From the IMG/VR virus record IMGVR_UViG_3300021142_002226, positions 1 to 64,000 of that record: a DNA stretch of 64,000 nt; one strand, given 5' to 3'. A model generated the notes under the pieces. That model was not told the origin of the DNA. It saw only the letters and a list, made by a program, of their open reading frames with translations, and did no database searches. This document shows, in pieces, positions 53,089 through 61,256 of this stretch; the stretch's first letter is position 1; each line of letters opens with the position of its first letter. Position numbers and translations under genes: made by a program. This DNA is from a virus.

Positions 53089-53119
53089 TAAGGTGTTGGT
53101 AGATGATACCAACACCTTA
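53089..53119. other. Perfect 13-bp inverted repeat without U-tract
   Basis: TAAGGTGTTGGTA-GATGA-TACCAACACCTTA. Confidence 0.8.
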
Positions 53120-53126
53120 AGAAAAT

Positions 53127-53804
53127 TTATCTTACTTCGCACCCATTTGCACCACATGCAACCTCGCCTTTTTGGTCAGTATTGTCTTCATGTTCGATTA
53201 TTTTTGTTAAATCGATAGCTGTTAAATGATTTATCATTTCATCGTATTCTTCTTTAGTGATGTCAGTAAAGGGGGCTTGGATATAACTTCCACCATCATA
53301 AGGTAATACAGATAATCCATTATAGAATTCTTTATTATCCCACATCCATGTACCTACTGTATCCCATTCATCTTCCTTGATTGCAATAGTAGCTGATACG
53401 TTATGTGTGTTTTCACCCTTTCTATGGCCAGGTTTAATCCATTCTTTGCTAATTTTTTTAACTCTTTCCAACAAATTTATAGCTGATTCAGTTCTATAAA
53501 TTGAGTTTTCTGGTGCTTTTTGAGGAACACTGATAACAGCCGTATCGTGTGGTCTAAAATATTCATCTTCAATAAGTTCTGGATGATACATATATAAATA
53601 ATTATATATTGACTCATTTTTACCAACACGGATTCTACGGATGTAATAATCATTGTGCCATGCGTGAATACCTGAAGATGTACCAAGAACTAATGAGCTT
53701 GTATTATGCGATACAATACCGTTCTTTAATTGATAGTTTGGTGTATCCTCAACTTCAATATCCACCGTAAAGTTTTTCTTAATTTCCTTTTTAATTATTT
53801 TCAT
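53127..53804 (-). CDS. nrdJ: Class II RNR C-terminal part preceded by a split-intein C-fragment
   Basis: 34-aa IntC ending SHN|T, then TSSLVLGTSSGIHAWH...IRRIRVGK, GLSVLP and C-terminal CGANGC. Confidence 0.93.
   Translation of the reverse strand: MKIIKKEIKKNFTVDIEVEDTPNYQLKNGIVSHNTSSLVLGTSSGIHAWHNDYYIRRIRVGKNESIYNYLYMYHPELIEDEYFRPHDTAVISVPQKAPENSIYRTESAINLLERVKKISKEWIKPGHRKGENTHNVSATIAIKEDEWDTVGTWMWDNKEFYNGLSVLPYDGGSYIQAPFTDITKEEYDEMINHLTAIDLTKIIEHEDNTDQKGEVACGANGCEVR
53703..53804 (-). mobile_element. Split intein C-fragment (34 aa, Thr+1)
   Basis: MKIIKKEIKKNFTVDIEVEDTPNYQLKNGIVSHN; blocks F/G with terminal His-Asn. Confidence 0.92.
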
Positions 53805-54816
53805 ATATTTTATTTTTTAATTCAATTATTATATTTTCTTTGTTTTTTTGATAATCATTCTCCCATACAGTGATAACCGCATAACCACGATTGATATATA
53901 GGTTGTCTTTCTCATTATCAATTAATCTCACTTCTTTTACTGTTTTATTAACTCTTGGTATTATTAGGTTTTCGTTATTAAAGATATTTTCCGAACCATG
54001 CCAAAAATCACCGTGATAATTGATAATTACTTTTATGTCTGGCAATATTATATCTGGATATAATATACTATTTTTAATTTTATAATTTTTCTTTTCTGAG
54101 TTGGTTAATATTATACCGTACTTCTCTTGATAACCTAAAATAGTCCCTTTGTAGAATTGTCTTATATCATTTTCCAATAATATTTGTCCTTTAGAAACAT
54201 TATCACCACACATTATGGCTTTAGTTGTTTGTATAACCCAATCATTATATTTAATTACACCATCAACTTCACCATATTTAGCTTTCCACCATTCAATATT
54301 TCTACTTTGGTGTTCGGTTAATTTATGTTTTGCTTCTTCGATATTACCTTTACACTTCTCAATCCAATAATTTAATCCCCAGGAAGATGTTAATCTATTT
54401 TTTTCACGATAAATATTATACTTCTCAACACCCTTATCGTAGTTACCACACTCTTTAGCAAAATTATCAATCGACCTAATGGATTTTACTTGATGTTTAG
54501 TTCTAATAATATCTATTTCTTCATTAGAGAACCCATTATTTTTTAACGTATCTTCACTAACAGATAATTTAGAGTTTTTTTCTAACCATTTGCTTGTACC
54601 ATCTTTATCACCAAATTTATCAACGTACCATTTCTTAGTACCACGAATTTTTAGTTTATTTTTGTAACTTAACCATCTCAAAGAACCCTCTTCTAAACCA
54701 TATTTTTTAATTAAATTATCTTCTGTAATAGCTGATAATTTTTTACGTTCTTCCCAGAGCCTTAAACCCTCAAATTCACCATACTTTTTAATCCAAGATT
54801 GTTTCACTGATGCCAT
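53791..54816 (-). CDS. Free-standing Vsr-like (DUF559-type) homing endonuclease between the split-intein halves
   Basis: YPDIILPDIKVIINYHGDFWHG...GYAVITVWENDY; N-terminal KYG..EG..W repeats. Confidence 0.82.
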   Translation of the reverse strand: MASVKQSWIKKYGEFEGLRLWEERKKLSAITEDNLIKKYGLEEGSLRWLSYKNKLKIRGTKKWYVDKFGDKDGTSKWLEKNSKLSVSEDTLKNNGFSNEEIDIIRTKHQVKSIRSIDNFAKECGNYDKGVEKYNIYREKNRLTSSWGLNYWIEKCKGNIEEAKHKLTEHQSRNIEWWKAKYGEVDGVIKYNDWVIQTTKAIMCGDNVSKGQILLENDIRQFYKGTILGYQEKYGIILTNSEKKNYKIKNSILYPDIILPDIKVIINYHGDFWHGSENIFNNENLIIPRVNKTVKEVRLIDNEKDNLYINRGYAVITVWENDYQKNKENIIIELKNKIYENN

Positions 54817-54831
54817 AACTATTCATTTTAT

Positions 54832-54854
54832 ATAAATAGTCTAACAACAGTGAA
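54832..54854 (-). promoter_or_regulatory. TTCACT-N10-TATTTAT candidate phage promoter
   Basis: Same spacing as 58529..58551 and 61224..61246. Confidence 0.6.
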
Positions 54855-54865
54855 ACGAACTGAAT

Positions 54866-57800
54866 TTAGAAAATTTTTATTAAAAAGTCATCATTTTCTG
54901 TGATTTCCTTAGCCTCTTTCCATGTACCATCAACCATCATAAATTTATGGTTTGGTGTACATTCAATAACAGTACCATCTTCCATAACAAATTCTATTGT
55001 TTCCTCATAACCATTTACAAACAACTTAGTTATAGTTTTTTCTTCATTTAGGTAATTATAAACTTTAATATCTTCTGTAACATCGTACCATTCACGATAT
55101 TCATTTAGTTTAGTACCCAAGTCAACACCATTTAATTTGAATATATCATCAAGTGATAACGTACCCCTATTTGTTCTAATTTCAGTAGATGGTATTTGGC
55201 AACCTGATGGTTTAACTGTTGTTGTTCTTGCGGCAGCATTTATACCTATAATTGCCGCAACACGAGCATTTTCTTCTTTTACAAGTTTAGCTGCTCCCTT
55301 AATATCGTAGTTTAATACAATACCAGAACCGATACCTGTCATTCCTACACCAATTAGAGCCTCTTTTTCAGTAGTTCTTTTCCAAATCTCACGAAGATAA
55401 TGGAAGTCTGTATAACCAGCCTGTAATGTACCTATAAATGCGGCAGCTTTAACTCTTTCGTTGTAGTCTTCCTGAGATTCAATATTTGAAACATTTACCT
55501 CACATAGATTACAGAATTGATATGGTCTTAGTGCAATTTCGCAACAGTTACCTGTAATTAATTTAGAAATTTGAAAACAATGTGTTGAATCAAATACAGA
55601 AATATCCCAAACATCCTCATATATATTTGTTAATTCAACGGATTCAACCTTTATTTGTTTATCATCATGAATATTATATCTAAATTTATAAGAATCTAAA
55701 ATATCTTGTTTATATTTATTTGTTAATTTAAACAAGGAAATAAAGTGTTTTATTGAACTTGTTTCACATATTCTTAAATCATATCTTGTAAATTCACTAT
55801 CATAACCATCTAATTTAGATTTAGATGTTTTTATTTTAGATTTTATACCGTAGAAACCTAATAATTCAGATAAATCATCCACTAATTGTTTATGTGAAGA
55901 TGTAAATGTTATTCTTTTTTGTGTTTTACTTACATTTCCATCTGAACTGAATAATGCATCAACTAAGCCCTTTCTAAAATTTTCTGAACCATCAACCCAA
56001 ACCGACTTAGGTAAACCATAGTTTTTATCCACATTACCAAACTTTTTAATATATAAATCAACCTCTTTATTATTTATAGATATCTCTTTTGTGTGTGTAT
56101 CAACAAGAACTATTTGCATCTCCTCCTCAATATTTTGGTGTTCCTTTTTGAATCTACGATTAAAATTACCATTAAATGTTATAACATTTGTTTTTAATGT
56201 ATTTAATAATTTATCGGATATATTAGATTCATCATCAGTGTCGGATACTATCATACCATATTCTGAATGTTCTTTTCTATTTGAAACCCAACCATCACCA
56301 ATAATCCAACCACATAAGAAACCATCATCATACCCACCTAAATTACCATCAAAAAGTTTATTCTCTCTAATTATTGGTAATTTATCACCGTTTGTTAAAT
56401 CTGGTGTTTTAACTTTAACATACTTTTCACCATCCCAAACGGGCCATTCATGTTCCTTAGTTGCAAAATATTCGGTACCATCTTCAAGTGTTAACTTAAC
56501 AAGTTGCTGATTTTTACCAGATAACCAACATTTTGCATCAGATATTTCACCATTTAAATTTTTAACTTTAAAACTTTTATCTTGCAACTCCTCAATAGGA
56601 AAAATCCCTTCTGTTGTTAACACTTTTGTACCTGCCCTTAACGATGGGTTGGTACCCCAATCCTTATCATTTGTGAAATAAATACCAGGTTCTCCAGAAC
56701 CAGACAACTTGATTCTCAACCAAAGATCATCAAAGAATTCTTTAGTTATTTTATGTCTTAGTAACACGGCAGAATTATTCGCTCTACCTCTTTGAGGGTT
56801 ATTTTCCCACCATGCACCAGATTTACAAGAAATCATTTCATCATCGTCAGCGGAGAATAAACAAATTAGTGCCGCTCTACGGATACCTCCTGCAAGTACT
56901 GCATCTGCAATATAACATACAATATCATGAACTTGAATTGGCGTTAATTTTTCACCATCTTCTATAGTATCTAATATTTTTTTAATATTATGAATACAAT
57001 CTTTAAGTGGTTGAGGCCCTGGAGCTTTACCACCAGATGTAATCAATCTTGCACCTTTTGGTCTAATATCTGAAAAATCGAATACTGGTGTTGAAGAAAT
57101 ATCACCTGTATATGATTTTAACAAGGTTTTGATAGCGTCAGCCCATCCTTCAATTGAATCAGATATCAAAAATCTTCTGTTTCTTGTTGGGTTTGGTTTT
57201 CTTATTTCTGGTAATTTTTCTACGTGATGTCTTTGTACTGAGTAACCAACACCAGTACCACCAAGCAATAAAAACATTACTTCACTAAAGCAATCAATGT
57301 AGTCTATTGGTAAATAACAACAGTTACCAGTCACAATACCACCAGATAAAACAAAACTTTTATCATCCTCAACTTCAAGACACCACACATCTTCTGATAC
57401 AAATGAATCATTAACTTCAGTCATAGACCAAGATGTGTTTGGTCTACTACCAATGTGATTTGTTATTGAAAAATCTTTAGTTAATGGTCGTTCACCAAAA
57501 TTTGTTATTTCACCTGTTAAATCAGAAATATTTGTAATATAATAACCACAAACCTCCAAATATTTTTTAAGAAAATCTATATGATCTTCCTGTGAAGATT
57601 GTATAGATTTATATTTAGATAATGTATTATTTTCATACCAATCTGGGTTTTTAGCACCGTCAGCGGATAAATAGCCATCCATAAAGGCTTTTATCATATT
57701 TAAACCATCTATATTTATATCTGGTGTTGTTTTTAAATATTTACCAGTATAAACCATAATATCCCCATCCAAACTATTAGAGGTAGATGTTTCAAACCCC

Positions 57801-58507
57801 ATTTCTTTGAATCTGTAAAGATATTTAGTTGCCTCATCTCCACACAATCTAACCATAGAATATTTAGCTTCACCATTCTTTTTAAGAAGTGTACCATCGC
57901 CAAATACATAACCATAACACCAATATAATCTTTCCATAGGTGTTGCACCATTATAGTCAAAATTTTCATTTTTTTGTGTTGGAAAGAGTGGTTTATTCAA
58001 TTCAAGTTCGGTTGTTTCAGAACCATCAAATAAAATCCATCTATGGTTTTTGGTAACTCTGATGGTTTTTTTACTTTTACCCCTACTAAAGGTGGCTGTT
58101 GATAGAAACTGTTTACCATAATTTTTAACAACGGCTGATTTCCAACTACCAGTATGTGTTAAAACAGTTATAATATCTCCATGTTCAAAATCCTTAAATG
58201 ATTTTGTTCCCTCCGATGTAATAAATTCAGTTTCCCTACCAAAACAGTTGTATATTCTGTTTGGTGAAATTTCAATTGGTTTACCGCCAAATTGAAGTGA
58301 TCTCATAGAAGGTAATACTTTTTTGTCATATACAAATTTGTATTTTTCTATAATTTCATCTCTTAACATAGGAAATTTCTTAATATGCATTTCCATGTTT
58401 CTTGTTACTAAATCTTCCCAGCTTTCTCTTCTTTCTTTCTCTGGTAAGTACTTGGCATACTTCATGTATACCGTAATGTCGCTTAAAATTTTTTGTGATA
58501 TATCCAT
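54866..58507 (-). CDS. nrdJ: Class II (B12-dependent, monomeric RTPR-type) RNR, N-terminal part with two inteins and a split-intein N-fragment
   Basis: LPSMRSLQFGG, YN|C, LLLGGTGVGYSVQ, AGGIRRAALI, QRGRANNS, TNP|CCEI, FCNLCE, TTVKPSG|; exteins sum to 619 aa including the downstream fragment. Confidence 0.95.
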   Translation of the reverse strand: MDISQKILSDITVYMKYAKYLPEKERRESWEDLVTRNMEMHIKKFPMLRDEIIEKYKFVYDKKVLPSMRSLQFGGKPIEISPNRIYNCFGRETEFITSEGTKSFKDFEHGDIITVLTHTGSWKSAVVKNYGKQFLSTATFSRGKSKKTIRVTKNHRWILFDGSETTELELNKPLFPTQKNENFDYNGATPMERLYWCYGYVFGDGTLLKKNGEAKYSMVRLCGDEATKYLYRFKEMGFETSTSNSLDGDIMVYTGKYLKTTPDINIDGLNMIKAFMDGYLSADGAKNPDWYENNTLSKYKSIQSSQEDHIDFLKKYLEVCGYYITNISDLTGEITNFGERPLTKDFSITNHIGSRPNTSWSMTEVNDSFVSEDVWCLEVEDDKSFVLSGGIVTGNCCYLPIDYIDCFSEVMFLLLGGTGVGYSVQRHHVEKLPEIRKPNPTRNRRFLISDSIEGWADAIKTLLKSYTGDISSTPVFDFSDIRPKGARLITSGGKAPGPQPLKDCIHNIKKILDTIEDGEKLTPIQVHDIVCYIADAVLAGGIRRAALICLFSADDDEMISCKSGAWWENNPQRGRANNSAVLLRHKITKEFFDDLWLRIKLSGSGEPGIYFTNDKDWGTNPSLRAGTKVLTTEGIFPIEELQDKSFKVKNLNGEISDAKCWLSGKNQQLVKLTLEDGTEYFATKEHEWPVWDGEKYVKVKTPDLTNGDKLPIIRENKLFDGNLGGYDDGFLCGWIIGDGWVSNRKEHSEYGMIVSDTDDESNISDKLLNTLKTNVITFNGNFNRRFKKEHQNIEEEMQIVLVDTHTKEISINNKEVDLYIKKFGNVDKNYGLPKSVWVDGSENFRKGLVDALFSSDGNVSKTQKRITFTSSHKQLVDDLSELLGFYGIKSKIKTSKSKLDGYDSEFTRYDLRICETSSIKHFISLFKLTNKYKQDILDSYKFRYNIHDDKQIKVESVELTNIYEDVWDISVFDSTHCFQISKLITGNCCEIALRPYQFCNLCEVNVSNIESQEDYNERVKAAAFIGTLQAGYTDFHYLREIWKRTTEKEALIGVGMTGIGSGIVLNYDIKGAAKLVKEENARVAAIIGINAAARTTTVKPSGCQIPSTEIRTNRGTLSLDDIFKLNGVDLGTKLNEYREWYDVTEDIKVYNYLNEEKTITKLFVNGYEETIEFVMEDGTVIECTPNHKFMMVDGTWKEAKEITENDDFLIKIF
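54869..55201 (-). mobile_element. Split intein N-fragment (111 aa)
   Basis: CQIPSTEIRT... block B IECTPNHKF, ending KEITENDDFLIKIF then stop. Confidence 0.92.
55547..56644 (-). mobile_element. Intein 2 (366 aa, Ser1, LAGLIDADG-type endonuclease) at TNP|C
   Basis: SLRAGTKVLT...ATKEHEW...GWIIGDG...LFSSDG...LITGN|C. Confidence 0.92.
57323..58246 (-). mobile_element. Intein 1 (308 aa, Cys1, LAGLIDADG-type endonuclease) at YN|C
   Basis: CFGRETEFIT...VTKNHRW...GYVFGDG...GYLSADG...GIVTGN|C. Confidence 0.92.
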
Positions 58508-58528
58508 TTTTTTTTATCGGTTTTAAAA

Positions 58529-58551
58529 ATAAATATAACCATTTTTGTCAA
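58529..58551 (-). promoter_or_regulatory. TTGACA-N10-TATTTAT candidate phage promoter for nrdJ
   Basis: Read directly from the intergenic sequence. Confidence 0.6.
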
Positions 58552-58582
58552 GGTTTATATATATTTTTTTATAGTTTGTTAT

Positions 58583-59977
58583 TTACTGGGTTGCGCCATT
58601 TTTTTCCCATTTAGATCTTAAATTTTCGTTCAAGCTTTTCTGACGATTTTGCTTATCTTTATCCTCGAAACCATGTATAGATATGACATCTTCGGTATCA
58701 ATAAGCATACGTTTATTGTCAAAAAGGCAGTTTTGGAAAATCATTCCATCAGAACCCATACGATTTTTCAATATGGTTATAGTCGCTCTACCATTTTCTT
58801 TCTGTTCCAAAGTTTTACCAACACTTACAATAAGGTGAGCAATTTGTGCTTTTTTCAAGTTTCCACCCATATTTTCGGTTTTTACAACCTCAACACTTGT
58901 GGATGATCTATTACCTTGTGTAGCTACCCAACTGGCAATGTTTAATTCTGCTGTCATTGATTCTACTTGGCGCATAATTTTACCTTCATTAGACCAATCT
59001 TCTGCTCCAGCAAATTCTTTTTCTGCTGATAAACAATCAAGATAATCAAGAATTAATACATCTATTTTATCGCCTTTAGAATTGATTCTTTTGATTGTAT
59101 TCTTAATTACACCAACGGTACAACCATCTGCGGACAATTTAAGTATATATAATTTACCAATACCTTCTTGATTATTGATAATCTTGATTTTCTTTTTAAC
59201 CTCATCTTTACGCAAAGATAATTCAGGTAACGGAATTTCTGTAGAACAAGAGTAATGTTTTCTCTGAACATCTTTAGGACTATCCTCAAAAAATATTTGT
59301 AATACATTCCTACCTGATCTATAGGCAGTATTAGCTATTTTGGTAAGCATTGTTGTCTTACCTACTCCAAGTGGCGCTATTATAAGTGCTAATTCACCCC
59401 TTGCTAAACCACCATTTGTAATGTTATCTATTCCAGTGATACCAGTTGGAATAGGTTCTCTATAATCATCAGATAAAACATTATCTATTTCAAATTCAAG
59501 ATCGATAGGTTCATCTACTTGTCTGAAAGTTAAAGCTTTCTTCAATGTTTCCTCGATATTATCAATATCTTGTAGAATACCTTTATCAAGTTTGCTTTTG
59601 ATACTGTTTACAGCATTTTTCAAAGATTGCATTTTACAGAATCTTTGCGCTGTATCTTGTACATTTAGATTATTGATTTTACATTTTTGTATGTTATCAA
59701 TGGTATCTAAAAGTTGTTGTTTAAATGTTTCTGCGTTCATCGGAATATTCATATTGACTTCCGTTCTCAACGCAGGGAAATTTAAAAGGCAATTATGTTC
59801 TTTGTAATATTCCTTAATAATGTGGGCTATCTTTGAAAAGGCCTCATTTTGAAAATATTGTTTATCAATAATATCAATAATTGATAAACCAAATTTGTGG
59901 TCTGTTATTATTTCATTAAATAATTGTAATTGATATTCAGGACCAAGATCACTTAAATTTGATATCTTTTCAACCAT
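58583..59977 (-). CDS. dnaB: Replicative helicase (DnaB/gp41-like)
   Basis: IPTGITGIDNITNGGL, Walker A APLGVGKT, LILDYLD, ATQGNR, LKNRMG. Confidence 0.93.
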   Translation of the reverse strand: MVEKISNLSDLGPEYQLQLFNEIITDHKFGLSIIDIIDKQYFQNEAFSKIAHIIKEYYKEHNCLLNFPALRTEVNMNIPMNAETFKQQLLDTIDNIQKCKINNLNVQDTAQRFCKMQSLKNAVNSIKSKLDKGILQDIDNIEETLKKALTFRQVDEPIDLEFEIDNVLSDDYREPIPTGITGIDNITNGGLARGELALIIAPLGVGKTTMLTKIANTAYRSGRNVLQIFFEDSPKDVQRKHYSCSTEIPLPELSLRKDEVKKKIKIINNQEGIGKLYILKLSADGCTVGVIKNTIKRINSKGDKIDVLILDYLDCLSAEKEFAGAEDWSNEGKIMRQVESMTAELNIASWVATQGNRSSTSVEVVKTENMGGNLKKAQIAHLIVSVGKTLEQKENGRATITILKNRMGSDGMIFQNCLFDNKRMLIDTEDVISIHGFEDKDKQNRQKSLNENLRSKWEKNGATQ

Positions 59978-59980
59978 AAA

Positions 59981-60427
59981 TTAACCAAGTTTATATTCTA
60001 AATAATTCAATTCAAGATTTTCTGTTTTAGAACATAACACTCGTTGTACACTTGTGATTATTTTATAGATATGCTCTCTGATGTCTACACTATATCTTAC
60101 AGTAGCTGGATATATTCGTGCATCAAATTCACGGTGAGCAATTTCTTTACCATTCATTTTTATTGTAAAAACAAACATATCACTATGTTCATTTTGTTCA
60201 AATGATGGGTTGTTAGTGTAATTGTTTCTGTTTTCATTCATAAAATCAAGAGTCTTATTTTTAAGGGATTCCTGAATTAGTCTTATGTTATCGTCAATAA
60301 CATATTTAAAATCTAAACTGTTCACAGCTTTATTATTAAAACCGAAAACATTAAACAATCTTTGAACAATAATATGTTCGTTGAGTTTCAACGTAAACTC
60401 AAAATTACGCTCTTTTCTTTCTTCCAT
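59981..60427 (-). CDS. Hypothetical protein
   Basis: 148 aa; near-consensus host-type promoter TTTG-N19-TACTATTA at 60473..60503. Confidence 0.75.
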   Translation of the reverse strand: MEERKERNFEFTLKLNEHIIVQRLFNVFGFNNKAVNSLDFKYVIDDNIRLIQESLKNKTLDFMNENRNNYTNNPSFEQNEHSDMFVFTIKMNGKEIAHREFDARIYPATVRYSVDIREHIYKIITSVQRVLCSKTENLELNYLEYKLG

Positions 60428-60504
60428 AATCTTATATTTTTTTAGTTTTGAAGTAATTTTGTTCCTTCTTTATAATAGTAATAAAAGTTGACCAAAAAAC
60501 AAAA

Positions 60505-61209
60505 TTATTTGTTTTTATTTTTTGCCCATCTTTCTTTAGCTTTCAAAGACATTTTTTTCTTAGTCTCTTCAGACATATTTTTTTTAGATTCAGACATTTT
60601 TCTTTTAGTACCTTCACTCCTTTTTTTTCCAATATTACTTTGAGAAATTTTTAATTTAACATCTTCAGTTATGATAGTACCTTTTTTAATATCTGACATC
60701 TTTTTTTTATATTCTTCACTTCTGTTCAAAGCGGAAAATCTAATTTTTTCTTTAGTTTCATCCGACATCTTTTTTTTAGATTCAGACATCTTTTTTTTCG
60801 TATCTTCAGAGTGTTTTTTACCTAACTGACCATCAGACATTCTTTTTTTAATATCGTCAGAAACAATCTTACCTTTTCTTGCCTCAGACATCTTTTTTTT
60901 TGTATCTTCATTATGCCATCCACTCCAACCACCATCACCATTTTCAATTTTTAGGTTTGCCCACTCTTCTGATTCAACAATATTATATAATTGACTGTAA
61001 TAAGTACCTTTCTCTTTTATCTCATCATTATTATAACCCACAAATAAAATTTCAGTTATAATATCTTTTGTTTTTATTTTGTGTTTTTTTATATGATTTA
61101 GCCAAACTAAACCACTACCTATATATTTGAAGGGGTCTTTTATGGTTTTTCCCAAATATTTTAAACCTTTTGGACTTGTTTTAATATAAAGATATATTTT
61201 TTGTTTCAT
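60505..61209 (-). CDS. GIY-YIG homing endonuclease with NUMOD3 repeats
   Basis: IYLYIK...YLGKT...YIGSG, NLKIENGDGG; repeated H(S/N)EDTKKKMSE. Confidence 0.9.
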   Translation of the reverse strand: MKQKIYLYIKTSPKGLKYLGKTIKDPFKYIGSGLVWLNHIKKHKIKTKDIITEILFVGYNNDEIKEKGTYYSQLYNIVESEEWANLKIENGDGGWSGWHNEDTKKKMSEARKGKIVSDDIKKRMSDGQLGKKHSEDTKKKMSESKKKMSDETKEKIRFSALNRSEEYKKKMSDIKKGTIITEDVKLKISQSNIGKKRSEGTKRKMSESKKNMSEETKKKMSLKAKERWAKNKNK

Positions 61210-61223
61210 ATTTATAATTTATT

Positions 61224-61246
61224 ATAAATATAAGATGACCAGTAAA
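61224..61246 (-). promoter_or_regulatory. TTTACT-N10-TATTTAT candidate phage promoter
   Basis: Read directly from the intergenic sequence. Confidence 0.6.
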
Positions 61247-61256
61247 AGATTAAAAG

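Noticed and set aside
53127-58507. nrdJ as a pseudogene, or interrupted by a group I intron
   Set aside because: Both fragments carry complete split-intein motifs and all catalytic motifs, and no non-coding intron core flanks the endonuclease.
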